DNA from: Malassezia furfur
Taxonomy: Eukaryota
Assembly: GCA_052055015.1 (NCBI GenBank)
Contig: JBQJIT010000022.1
DNA: 59,531 bases
Reading direction: 5' to 3' (one strand)
Each line of letters begins with the position of its first letter. Within the stretch, counting starts at the first letter, position 1. The notes under the pieces were generated by a model. The model did no database searches, was not told where the DNA came from, and saw nothing but the letters and a program-made list of their open reading frames with translations. Below are positions 22,917-33,918 of this stretch, piece by piece. A program made the position numbers and the translations under genes.

Positions 22917-23927
22917 ATGTCCCCAGACGCCGCATCCTGGACGCCGGAGCGGTTCTATCGGGAGTATGAGGCGCCGGCCGGCTACGATGGTCACATGGAG
23001 CATGTGCGCGAATTCGTAAAGCACAGCAAGCAGATGGGGCGCAAGGTGGTGCTTATCACCGTACGTGGTCGGAGCTTACGCAGAGCGGAGGAACCACCGT
23101 GCCGCTGGAGCGCAACGTGTATGTGGATCGTCTGACGCAGGGTGCGCTTCCTGGACAACTTCTCGGCAGGGACGCGCGGTGCTGCATCGGCTGAATATTT
23201 CCTGGCCGCGGGCTACGCGGTGATATTCCTGAGCCGGCAGCACAGTCAATTTCCCTACACGCGCCGCTACAGTCACACAACCAACCCCTTCTTTGACATT
23301 TTGCAGGAGCCAGAGAGTTCCGACGGCGTGCAAGAAGTGCGTGTGCAGGAGCACCAGGTCGGGACGCTACTTCCCGTGCTCCACGCCTACCATCAGGCAC
23401 GCCAGGCGGGGTGTCTGCTGCCGGTGCCGTTCGTGACGGTGGTCGAATATCTGTTCCTCCTGCGGGGTATCAGCGAAGCGATGCAGCCGCTCGGTCGGAA
23501 TGCGATGCACTACCTGGCAGCCGCAGTGAGCGACTTCTTCATTCCTTTGGATGACATGGCGGAGCACAAGATTCAGTCCGGTGACGGCGCACTGCACCTT
23601 ACCCTCGAGCCCGTGCCCAAGGTGCTTGGGGACCTCGTGCAGGACTGGGCGCCGGCGTCATACGTGATCAGCTTCAAGCTGGAGACCGACCAAAAGCTGA
23701 TCGTGCCGAAGGCAGAGAAGTCGCTCGAGCGGTACGGGCACCAACTTGTGATTGGCAACGAGCTGTCCACGCGGAAAACCGAGGTGACCCTGGTGGAGCG
23801 TGCGTCGGACGGAGGATATACGACGACGCCGCTTCGCATCCCCGCGGACGCGCCGCATGAGATTGAGCAAGACATCATTACAGCACTAACGGACCGGCAT
23901 GCGCGCTGGGTCCATGCATCCTCATAG
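22917..23927 (+). CDS. CAB2: Phosphopantothenate-cysteine ligase
   Basis: VLIT|SGGTTVPLERN|VRFLDNFSAGTRGAASAEYF, YLAAAVSDFF, HKIQS and SFKLETD. Introns 23061-23083 and 23119-23140. Confidence 0.93.
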
Positions 23928-23963
23928 TACGCACTACAGAGCATCCATTGCAGGGTATAACCG

Positions 23964-25006
23964 TTATTTGAGAGACGCAGGAGGCGACGTCATCACCGTC
24001 GCATACTCCTCGCCCAAGCATCGTTCGAGCAACTGGTCGAGCGTCGCGCGGCACGTCTTGGCAAGCTCGGCCTCCTCGCGCCGCAGCGCCTGGATCTGTG
24101 AGTGCCACTGCTCACGGGCACGTAGACCTGCGCGGAATTTGGCCTTCTCAATCAGGTAGCGGTGGTGGATCTGGGTGCATTTTTCCTCGTCGAGCACCGC
24201 GTCGGGCGCCTCGTCCGATGACTCCGCCTCGTCCGTCCGCGCCCGCTTTTGCGCAGGTTCGGATGCGTGCACATGCTGCAGCACACTGTCGAGCTCGCGG
24301 GCCTCTTGGTTGGGAAACTCGGCACGTGTATCGTCAGCGAAGCGCTGCGCCGAGGCCAGCGTCGATACAGGCGGGGCCAGAATCGTACCACGAGACCGGT
24401 CACCATCTGCTGCATCTGCTGCATCGTCTTCGGCGCGGCGCGCACCGGGCGCGCCATGGGTATCGCGTCCTTCGTCCGAATCGCGCGCGCCTTGGGCCTG
24501 GGGTGGGGTGTTGTGCTGCACACGCATGTGCTTTGCGAGTGCATCCGAGCGTGTGAACGACTTGTCACACTCGGGCCGCGGGCACGTAAAGGGCTTCTCG
24601 CCCGTGTGGCTGCGCAGGTGGCTCAGCAGCGCGAACCGCGACGTTTGGCTCTTGCCTTTGCGCGCGCAGCCGACCCATTCACACGCGTAGCGCGACTTGT
24701 GGATGCCGATATGAACTGTGTGAGCAGTGTATGTAACGTACAGTTGTGCAGGTGCTCGATGAATGGGTGCAAACTCGTGAATGTCTCGCCGCAGTCCTCC
24801 CACATGCACCGCACTTCGGGCGCCGGTTCAGGCGACCCCGGTGGCGGTGACGACGCGAGCTTGCTGACCGACATGTCATCGTCTACCTCCGAGGCATCGT
24901 CCTCCGGTGCCGAGTCGGAGGTCGAGATCTCGTCGAGATCCGGAGTGCGCGCGGCCGCTGCGCCGTACATCGCCTCCAGGCCACCGCCTTCTTCGAGCCG
25001 GGACAT
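23964..25006 (-). CDS. C2H2 zinc-finger protein (tandem CWCH2-type, Iec1-like)
   Basis: CMWEDC...HLHN|FH, CEWVGC...[36 protein letters not shown]. Intron 24716-24741. Confidence 0.85.
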
Positions 25007-25040
25007 GGCAGACGAGGATGACTAAACTTCCCCGCACCCC

Positions 25041-25383
25041 ATGCCACCACCTGGCCATCCGCTCCGCGCGCGCGCCATCGGGCTGTACAAAGAGGTACGT
25101 ACGGCTACAGCGACGCTCATGCCAGCTGCACCGCTTGGGACGGGATTACCCTGACCCGAACTACCAGTTCATCCCCAAGCTGCGTGCCATGTTCCGGAAG
25201 AATGCGCATCTCACTGACAACGCCGAGATCGAGAGCAAACTCGCGCTCGGCGAATTCATTCGGAAAGGTACGTGTCTCACTCACACAGAAACGGAAAGTA
25301 GGTACACGCGCTCTCACCCAGCTCTGTATTCGTTGAAAAAGTACCGGACGCTACGTAGACGCTACATTGAGGGCGACTCTTAG
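25041..25383 (+). CDS. LYR-motif protein (LYRM5/ETFRF1-like), 4 exons
   Basis: LYKE|LHRLGRDYP...FRKN...GEFIRKE|TET|LYSLKKYRTLRRRY. Introns 25095-25125, 25268-25288 and 25298-25321. Confidence 0.85.
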
Positions 25384-26281
25384 AGCTTCGGCACAAATTG
25401 CAGCATCTGACCGCCGTCGATCGGCAGCGCCGCTCCAGTAATATGCGATCCCGCACGGCTCGTCAGGAACAGGACAGCGCCCGCGATGTCCTCGGGCGTG
25501 CCGAGACGGCCCGTGGGCTGCACACCCTCGAGCAGGTCCTTGCCCTGGCCCAAACTCCAGGCGGTCATCCGACTAGGGAAGACGCCGGGGCACAGCGCAT
25601 TCACCAGCACATACCGATCGGCCAGCTCGTGAGCGAGCATGCGCGTAAGATGCACCGACGCCGCCTTGGACGGCTGGTAGCTGTATGTCCCGTTGCCGGG
25701 CTCCGACAGCGGACCCGACGCAGCCGGTGCATACGCGGCGACCGACGCGACGTTGATGACGCTCGCATGGTGCGTGTTGCTCTTGTCCTTCTCAAGTAGG
25801 GGCAGTAGCGCAACCGTCAAGTAGAACTGGCTCTTGACATTCAGGTCAAAGACCTTGTCCCACCCCTTCTGTTCCGGGAAGTCGTCCATCTTGCCGCCCC
25901 ACGTCAGGCCCGAGTTGTTAATCAGAATATCGAGTTTCTCCTCCTTCTGCTTGATTTCGTTCGCCAGGGCATCGCAGCCGGCCTTGGAGCCGACGTCCGC
26001 TTGAATTGGGATGCAGAACGTGCCCTGCTCGAACGGACCCTTGGGAGCAGTCTCGTTGAGCTGCTTTGCGACACGCTGCAATTCATCAAACTTGCGCGAC
26101 GCGATATAGACACGGCAGCCGTTCTGAACCAGGGCAGCGGCCATCACTGCGTTAGTGCAATGCACATACTTTTTCCCAGGCCCGATCCGCCGCCGGTGAC
26201 GACAGCGACCTTGCCGCTGGCATCGAACAACGGGCCGACTTTCAGGTCGGGCATCACTTCAGGGGCTGCATCCTTCGGCAT
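25380..26281 (-). CDS. Short-chain dehydrogenase/reductase (RhlG-like)
   Basis: VTGGGSGLG, then a 23-nt intron at 26147-26169, then LINNSG, YQPSK (YxxxK), PGVFPS and IDGG. Confidence 0.92.
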
Positions 26282-26363
26282 TGTGGTAGGACAGGTTAAC
26301 CGGAACCTTTGGGGAAATGAAAGTGGAGGTTCGTGCGCCGGCGTGAATGCCGTTGTTCCTACG

Positions 26364-27036
26364 ATGAGCGGTGTACCTGACTACTACCGCGTACGTGATG
26401 CATGCTCACACAGATCCTCGGCGTTGTGCCCACCGCTTCAGCGGAGGAAATCAAAAAGGCGTACCAGCGTGAGTCGCTGCGCTCGCATCCGGACCGATTC
26501 CCGAAGGCGTCCCCCAGCGAGAAGCGGGAGCACACGCGCCGTTTCCAGAGCGTTGCCGACGCGTGTATGTGCCGTGGCTGATACCAGATTACATCCTCTC
26601 GGACCCAGATCGCCGGCGCGAGTACGATGCGGTGCGTCCGGCCGCGACTACTGGCTCATCCACGGACCCCGACGAAGACGTCAAGGAGAGCACCAACTTC
26701 TTCCGTTCCTTCTTTGGTGCAAATTCGCAGCACGGCGAGTATGCGCAGCCGCAGCCAGAGCAACAGTTTGCCGAGACATGGGAGGACCTGCTGCGCCCAG
26801 AGATGGAGCGGGTCGGACATGGGTGGCAATATGCTGGAGCTGTGGCAGGCAGCGTGCTGGGCTACATCATCGGTAACATCCCCGGTGCCCTCGGTGGCGG
26901 ACTCTTGGGCGGTAAAGTGGGATCGATCCGCGATGCCAAAGGGCGTGCTGTCAGCGAAGTGTTTCTGCATCTACGGAGCGACCAGCGTGCTCAGATCCTG
27001 CGCGAGCTGGCGATGAAAGTACTCGGGTCTCTCTAA
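26364..27036 (+). CDS. DnaJ-domain protein with a glycine-rich hydrophobic C-terminal segment
   Basis: DYYR|ILGV...IKKAY...HPD...AY|YILSDP. Introns 26391-26413 and 26565-26587. Confidence 0.9.
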
Positions 27037-28032
27037 TCACGACTGCTGCTCCAGCCCTGGCAAAGGAATACTCAAAAATTTGGGCCACACCAGGTATTGT
27101 TGAATAGCCATATGCAGGCGCGAAACCAAAATCTGCTCGATCTTGGGTGTGTCCTGCAGCCGATTCTTGGAGCCGATCAGGCTGGAGACGTGCGCCTCGA
27201 GGATAAAGTCGGGGTAGAGACACACACGAATCTCTTGCTTGGTGGGGTTGTGCTCCTGCGTGCCGACCTCGATGCCGAGCGTGCCGGCTATCCGCTCGAT
27301 CCGGAAACACAGCGCAAGCGCAAGCGAGCCAAATCGCAGCTGGGGGAAGTTGAACAGGAGCTTGGTGTCCAGCCCCAGTGTGATGCGGTCCACATAGTCA
27401 AAGTCCACCTCGAGCCGCACGCCCTGGCGGTGGTCGGAAGGGCTAAAGCGTGCGTTAGAAAAGGCCGGGTACTCAAACCCGAAATCGATATCGGTGACCG
27501 TGATGGTGTCCTGGGGTGAGCACAAGGGTCGACGTACCAACACGTTCATCGTGCGCCCCTCGACAGCGCCGTTCAAGAGACGCTCGACAAAGCGTTTTGC
27601 CGCTGCTTTCTCCTCTGTGGCCAAAGAAGGCAGCGGTAGGTCCGTGTCGCGGTCAGGCATGCCTCGCGAGGTCTGCAAGATGCTCTCGCGGTAGCCATGC
27701 ATCGTCTGTGCGACCATGAGGTTGAGCCAGTCGAGCGACTCGGGTGCGTGGTGGTCGATATCGTATTTCGTGCGCTGCAAAATGCCTTCGAGGCGTGCCT
27801 GAAAGTTGCGTTCGTATGTCTCGTTGCGGCCAGCCGATCGCTTGCTGCGTGCGTCGAGCGACTTTTGCAGGATACGCGTCCGCTCCATGAGGTCTGATCG
27901 CTGCTTCGCGAGCGATTCAGGGACATTGGTCATAAACATGCTCCAGAACACATACGCGAGGATCAGGCCGAGCACCAGTTGCCCGGCGACGAACCCCTGC
28001 GCAAAAGTGAGGCGCGTCTCGGGGCCGTTCAT
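27037..28032 (-). CDS. MMM1: ERMES subunit Mmm1 (SMP domain)
   Basis: TM segment FAQGFVAGQL, HAPESLDWLN, LLFNFP and SLIGSKNRLQDTPKI. In-frame 27-nt intron at 27511-27537. Confidence 0.9.
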   Translation of the reverse strand: MNGPETRLTFAQGFVAGQLVLGLILAYVFWSMFMTNVPESLAKQRSDLMERTRILQKSLDARSKRSAGRNETYERNFQARLEGILQRTKYDIDHHAPESLDWLNLMVAQTMHGYRESILQTSRGMPDRDTDLPLPSLATEEKAAAKRFVERLLNGAVEGRTMNVLVRRPLCSPQDTITVTDIDFGFEYPAFSNARFSPSDHRQGVRLEVDFDYVDRITLGLDTKLLFNFPQLRFGSLALALCFRIERIAGTLGIEVGTQEHNPTKQEIRVCLYPDFILEAHVSSLIGSKNRLQDTPKIEQILVSRLHMAIQQYLVWPKFLSIPLPGLEQQS

Positions 28033-28102
28033 GGTAAGTGCGCACGGTCTGGGAATTTTGCAATTCTTTCCCAAATTGCACGTCCAACGCGTGCAATCTT
28101 CC

Positions 28103-29662
28103 ATGACGGACGCGCCGCACGAGGGGTACGCGCCGTCGCCGGTGCGCCCACCGGGCGAGGAGGCGAGCAAGACAAATGGGGAGCAGCTGGATACCCCGTC
28201 TCCCCTGCCCATGTCGGGCGTGCCGGAGTTGCGCGCGCTGCCCGTGCACCTCGGACTGAGTTTGAGTCAGGGGCCCTATACCGACTCGCCCGCATCCCCA
28301 GCGAGCACGAGCAGTTTGGAGGAGCCAAAAAATGTGCGTCCTGCCCATGTGCTCCCGCCCAACTTCCGGGGACCCATACCCCGCGAGAGCGATGCAGAAG
28401 AGATTGCGCCGCATCCGCACTGGGTGCCCATCCACGACGGCGCGTCGTTGGGCACGCTCCAAAACTTTCCCCTGAACAAAAACGGCTGGCGCTACACGGC
28501 TGCCGGACCTGCGGCGCACTGGCTGCCAGAGACGGTGTACCGCACACTAGAGCTGGCGCCGGAGGGCGTGCACTGGTCATGGCAGGACCGCAGCGCGTTT
28601 ATGCACATCAGCGACGATGCGATGGTCGTTGGCACTGACAAAGGCTTTCGCAGCGCGCGCACAAACTTGGGTGTACGGCATGGTGCTTGGTATGTCGAAG
28701 TCGAAATCTTGCCCCCGGACGCGTCAAGCGAGCCCGCGACACCGATGCGCGACGGACCGCATGCGCGCCTTGGTTTTGGGCGCCGCGAGGCAGGACTCAA
28801 CGCGCCCGTGGGCTGGGACGCATACAGCTATGGATACCGCGACCGGAATGGCGCACGTGTCACGCTGTCGCGCCCGCAGCCGTTTGGGCGCGCGTTTGGG
28901 CCGGGGGACGTGGTTGGGATGTACATACGACTGCCGCCCGAAGACGCGCCGCCGCCGGAAGGCACAGAGCACGCTGTTCACCAGAAACGCGTGCCCATCC
29001 GGTACAAAGGCCAGCTGTACTTTGAGAGTCTCGAATACCCCCCCACCAAGGAGATGGAAGTACTGATGGACAAAAACCGGCGGGGCGAGCTGTCCTGGTC
29101 GGAAGACGGCAGCGCCCCTGGCAAATCGGCGGCGCCCCCCAAGTCGACGGACCGCGATGAGAAGCGGCCTGGCCAGGCGAAGCGCTCGGTGCCGCTACGC
29201 CCCCTCCCCAAGCTCGCCGAGAGTTATGTGGGTTTTGTGGTGAACGGCGAGCCGCAAGGCATCGCGTTTACGGACCTCTACGATTTCCGGCCCCTTGTGG
29301 CCGTGGAGCCGGTGCGCAAACGGGAACGTCGCAAAGCAGACGGCGAGATCACCGCGCACACGAGTGTGAATGCGGTGCTGCGAAGCCGACTGAATCCCTA
29401 CGACGACGGGTCCTTGGGCTACTACCCCATGGTGTCGCTCTACGGTGGCGCACGAGCGCGACTGATTCCGTCCGACTTCCGCTACCCTCCGCCCGCGGCA
29501 CTCGAAGAGGCACTGTGGGAGGCGAATGCCGCGCACGGACGGCCTATCACACGCAAAACCCCAGCGCCCCCCTGGCGCCCGTTCGGGGCGCGTTGGGGTG
29601 CTGCGCTCCAAGAAGCCGCGCAGTACGACCGCGACGCCGACAGGGACGCGCCCTACCGCTGA
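28103..29662 (+). CDS. ASH2: COMPASS subunit Ash2/Bre2 (SPRY domain)
   Basis: NKNGWRY, SWQDRS, GFRSARTN, HARLGFGRREAGLNAPVGWDAYSYGYRD, QLYFESLEY and DDGSLGYYP. Confidence 0.88.
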   Translation: MTDAPHEGYAPSPVRPPGEEASKTNGEQLDTPSPLPMSGVPELRALPVHLGLSLSQGPYTDSPASPASTSSLEEPKNVRPAHVLPPNFRGPIPRESDAEEIAPHPHWVPIHDGASLGTLQNFPLNKNGWRYTAAGPAAHWLPETVYRTLELAPEGVHWSWQDRSAFMHISDDAMVVGTDKGFRSARTNLGVRHGAWYVEVEILPPDASSEPATPMRDGPHARLGFGRREAGLNAPVGWDAYSYGYRDRNGARVTLSRPQPFGRAFGPGDVVGMYIRLPPEDAPPPEGTEHAVHQKRVPIRYKGQLYFESLEYPPTKEMEVLMDKNRRGELSWSEDGSAPGKSAAPPKSTDRDEKRPGQAKRSVPLRPLPKLAESYVGFVVNGEPQGIAFTDLYDFRPLVAVEPVRKRERRKADGEITAHTSVNAVLRSRLNPYDDGSLGYYPMVSLYGGARARLIPSDFRYPPPAALEEALWEANAAHGRPITRKTPAPPWRPFGARWGAALQEAAQYDRDADRDAPYR

Positions 29663-30121
29663 GCGTGACAGCGTGCCTGCGTTGCCCGAAACCCGATCGA
29701 CATAAGGTCGTGTGCACCGCGCGCGTACGCGCTGCTGCAAGGGCACATGCATGCCTCCTGCATGCCCCAAAACGCGTGGAGCGCCTGCAGAAAAATGAGG
29801 CACACCATCGATTGTGTGTGTGGATTGGTCCATATCATGGAGATCGGGATGATCTACGTAGATCATTGGTCGCAAAAAAACGACACGAGGGCCGTGAGAT
29901 ACCCAATGCATATCTATGCAGGTGCATCTACGTAAAACATCCGCGCGTTGGGCGGACAGCCCGCACGCGCTCGGCACGCGCCCTACGCCGCATCAGCCGC
30001 GTTTGCGCGAGTCCGAGGAACAGGTAAATTGCGCCGGACCGCCGTGACGACTCGACCTTATCCCTCCGTCTTTGTCCCTCCTTCATAAACCGGCCCCCTT
30101 GGCTTGTCTCTCCTTTGGACT

Positions 30122-31837
30122 ATGGTCTTTTCTCTTTCCTTCAAATCGTTTGTGGTGGCGGCCATTGCGCTGGCCGGCGCCGCGTCTGCCGCGAGCGGCA
30201 ACTCGGTGAGCATTGTCGGCCACTCGGGTGTGAGCGGCCAGATGATGTTCTTGGGTGCCTCGGGCAAGGCTTACATTCTTGACAAGGTCGAGAACAACCC
30301 GACGCACATCAACGGCCACCCTGCGTGGGCGGTCGAGTACGACTACAACACGAACAAGTACCGCACGATGGATGTGCGCACCAACACGTTCTGCGCCGGT
30401 GGTATGACGCTCGCTGACGGCCGCTGGCTGCTCACGGGCGGCAACAAGGCCGTCAAGCAGCAGGGTGCGGACGCGACGCCCGGTGCCGCGCCGTACGAGT
30501 CGTACAACGGTGGCCACGCGCTGCGTTTCCTGCGCCCCTGCACGGACGAGTCGTGCCACTGGGTCGACAAGGCGTCGAACCAGATGGACAAGGAGCGCTG
30601 GTACCCCACCGTTGAGCCCCTGAGCGACGGTAGCGTTGCCATCATTGGTGGTATGCGCGACGGTGGCTACGTGCCCTCGTCGGGCTCGAACGAGCCGACG
30701 CTCGAGTACTACCCCCGCAAGGGCGACGGCAAGTCGGTGTACGTCGACTTCCTCAGCCGCACGGTGCCGCTGTCGCTGTACCCCCACACGTTCCTGATGA
30801 GCAACGGTGAGCTGTTCATGCAGGCGAACCGCGAGACGATCCTCTGGAACTGGAACAAGAACAGCGAGACGCGCCTGCCCAACATCCCCGTCGCGCCGCG
30901 TGTGTACCCCGCGAGCGGTGGTGCTGCGCTGCTGCCGCTGCGCCCCGAGAACAACTACAAGGAGACGGTGCTCTTCTGCGGTGGCATGCAGATGAACAAC
31001 AAGCAGTGGGGCAACGAGGGTGGCCCCACGGTCATGGTCACGGAGCGCCCCGCGAGCAACTCGTGTGAGCAGATCTCGCCGCTGGCGAACAACCCGCAGT
31101 ACAAGTCGACCGACGCGCTCCCCGAGGCGCGCTCGATGGGCCAGTTCATCATCCTGCCCAACGGCAAGCTGTGGTTCGGCAACGGTATCGCCACGGGTAC
31201 GGCCGGCTACACCAACAACCCCAACCAGGCCGGCCAGCCCGTGGGCAACTCGTTCGGCGACAACCCCGTGCTGAACCACTACCTGTACGACCCCAGCAAG
31301 CCCGCTGGTCAGCGCTGGTCGCACGTCGGCCGCGCGCGTGTCGGCCGTCTGTACCACTCGAGCGCCACGCTGCTCCCCGACTCGTCGATTCTGATCTCGG
31401 GCTCGAACCCCAACATGGACTACACGGACAATGAGAAGTGGAACACGGAGTACCGTGTGGAGCGCTGGTACCCCGACTTCTACAACCAGGACCGCCCGTC
31501 CGCCAAGGGTCTCCCGAACCAGTTCCACTACGGTGGCAAGGGCTTCACCATCAACCTGAACAACGCCAACGAGGCGAACAATGCCAAGGTCGTCCTCATC
31601 CGCACTGGTTTCTCGACGCACGCCATGAACATGGGCCAGCGCATGATCGAGCTGCGCTCCAAGGCCGAGGGCAGCCAGCTGCACGTTGCGCAGATGCCCA
31701 ACAACCCGAACCTGTTTGCTCCGGGTCCGGCGCTTGCATTCGTCGTGGTCAACGGTGTTCCGTCGCACGGCAAGTTTGTCACCGTCGGCAACGGCCAGAT
31801 TGGCAACCAGCCGACGCACGACAACACCAGCCTGTAA
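30122..31837 (+). CDS. Secreted copper radical oxidase (AA5_1, glyoxal oxidase-like)
   Basis: Signal peptide plus all expected active-site motifs: TFCAGG (Cys), RWYP (Tyr), RLYHS (Tyr-His) and FSTH (His). Strong C/G-ending codon bias. Confidence 0.93.
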   Translation: MVFSLSFKSFVVAAIALAGAASAASGNSVSIVGHSGVSGQMMFLGASGKAYILDKVENNPTHINGHPAWAVEYDYNTNKYRTMDVRTNTFCAGGMTLADGRWLLTGGNKAVKQQGADATPGAAPYESYNGGHALRFLRPCTDESCHWVDKASNQMDKERWYPTVEPLSDGSVAIIGGMRDGGYVPSSGSNEPTLEYYPRKGDGKSVYVDFLSRTVPLSLYPHTFLMSNGELFMQANRETILWNWNKNSETRLPNIPVAPRVYPASGGAALLPLRPENNYKETVLFCGGMQMNNKQWGNEGGPTVMVTERPASNSCEQISPLANNPQYKSTDALPEARSMGQFIILPNGKLWFGNGIATGTAGYTNNPNQAGQPVGNSFGDNPVLNHYLYDPSKPAGQRWSHVGRARVGRLYHSSATLLPDSSILISGSNPNMDYTDNEKWNTEYRVERWYPDFYNQDRPSAKGLPNQFHYGGKGFTINLNNANEANNAKVVLIRTGFSTHAMNMGQRMIELRSKAEGSQLHVAQMPNNPNLFAPGPALAFVVVNGVPSHGKFVTVGNGQIGNQPTHDNTSL

Positions 31838-31966
31838 ACTGTACGATGATTACAGCGGTCGCAGGACGACACCGCTCGACAATGCGCATTCATAGATGTA
31901 TTGCTTTTTTTCCGATATAAAACATTGCTTGTACTCTTTATGCAACAGCGCGAACGCTGCTCTTGA

Positions 31967-32654
31967 CTATTTGGCCGCCTTGTCGTCGATCACAATGTTC
32001 TTTTCCCCAACGCCGCCCTCGGACTCGGGCGGCATCTGCTCAAACGGCTTCGCGCGCTGCAGCAGCAGGCTCTTCACCTCGTCGACCACATCGCCCTGGA
32101 TGTGGATCTCGTCCACACCGGGGTGCTGAACGCTCTGGGTAACCGACGCACCCGTCGCGAACCGCGAGCTCAGTCTGCGTCAGTGACAGCCACCTACCCT
32201 TTCGCGATCACTTTCAGCTGGGGCAGCGGCGGCGAAAAGAGGTGAAGACCATGGATACAGGTGATCACCTTGCGCTTGGTGCGCGCAACACGCGACAGCA
32301 CAATCTTGGACGCCTGCGTCGGTCAGCCTCGCTCGCACGTACCGCCAGCTGGGCACGCTCCTTCTCTGCCTTCGCTTGTGCCTTGCGCTCACGCTTTGCG
32401 CTCTCGCGCTCAAGCGATTCAGCCTGCTCGGTCGTAAGCGACTTGAGCTTGTCCGTGATCGCCGCCTCCGAGTACAGCTGCGCGAACAGCTCGGGGTTCT
32501 TGGCCTCCAAATTCGCCTTGCACTTGGTCAGCGACGAGCCGTATTCGCAGTATTCGTAGGGGAAAGTGCAAATCTCGCAGTAGTGCACATCGCGCGCCGG
32601 CACACCCGCAGATGCCTCGGCCGCCGGCGCTGCAGTCGCCGTGTCCGCGCTCAT
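31967..32654 (-). CDS. TMA22: Translation machinery-associated protein 22 (DENR)
   Basis: YCEICTFPYEYCEYG, RTKRKVIT, RFATGASV and IHIQGDV. Introns 32314-32342 and 32175-32197. Confidence 0.92.
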
Positions 32655-32685
32655 CGTGGCTTCGAGGACGAATGTGTTCACGTGA

Positions 32686-33918
32686 CTATGGTGCCGCAAG
32701 ACGTTCGAGCTGGTCGATCGTGGTGCGGAAGCGCGCGATGTTGAAGTCCTACACGGTCAGCCAGTGCAATCAACGTACCAGAATACCTTGGTTGTAGTTA
32801 TAGATGCTTGTCCGCACCGTGACAAAGAGCGCGAGGTGGCTGCGTCAGTCAATGCACACATACCCGTTCAGCTGCCAAAAGGCCACCGACGTGTCCGAAC
32901 CGAGGCGCACGACACTTGTTGACCAGGTACGCGTTGGCTTCGCCGTATCTGCCGTGGCAGCGAGGTAGAGATCGGAAAACTCGGTAAGGAACTTCGTATA
33001 CTGGAACATCACGTCAAACAAGGGCAAGTCGAACGGGGACGTATCGCACCCCACAAACGTGCGACTGGGCACGTCAAAGATGTACGCCTTTTCCAGGGAG
33101 CACGAAGAGCACAGAAGGTTGCATGCCTGCTCCACGGCATCATGCAGACTGATCCGCTGTTCCGGCTGCTTGACCTGCTCGTCCTCCTGTCCCGACACCG
33201 GCTCCTCAGGCACGTCCTCCGTCGTCCGCTCATCCTGCATTAGCCGCTGCTGGATGCGCGAGAAGGCCACAAACACGCTCGACTCAAACACCGAGGTGAG
33301 GTGGAACCGCAACTTGACCTCGGCTTCCAGCCGGAACGGTTCGGTCGCAGACGGGTCTTGAAACTCGTGCGAGGAGTCAATCAGTTCTTCGTGCACGCGT
33401 TGCTCAATGTCGCGCTGCGTGTCGTATTTATAGTCGTCGCTCAGTCCATCGACCTTGTTGATGAACACATGGAAATGGATGTCGGGATTGTTGCGATACC
33501 CCAATAATATGACGTGGTTAAGCTTCGACAGCGCATCAAAGTAGTCGTCCTGTGCATCGACCACGAAGATGATCGCATCCACTTCCGCCCAAGGGATGTC
33601 CAATCCAGCATCGCCCGTGGCTTGCGTGGGACCCCCTCCAAATGTATTGGGCGCGAGATCCTGAAGCGCGCTGCCTGGCACATCCCAAATCTCAAGACGC
33701 TGGAATGTCTTCACCTGGAGCTTTTGTATCCGCGTCGTTGGTGCCAGGAAAAGGGTATCATTGGGCTGGAAGGATTGGTATACGACTTTGCAAAGACTGG
33801 ATTTTCCCGCCCGACGCGGTCCCAGTAGAAGTACCTTGTGGGCCGTATTGGGTTTCGAGGATGGCGCAGCCCCTCTCGAAGCATCGCCACCCCCCTGACG
33901 CTGGCTGAGCGCTGCCAT
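32686..33918 (-). CDS. GTR2: Rag-family GTPase, RagC/D type
   Basis: GPRRAGKSS, PNDTLFL, IIFVVDAQDDY, KVDGLSDDYK, EKAYIFDV and a roadblock-like tail. Introns 32840-32863 and 32749-32778. Confidence 0.87.
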
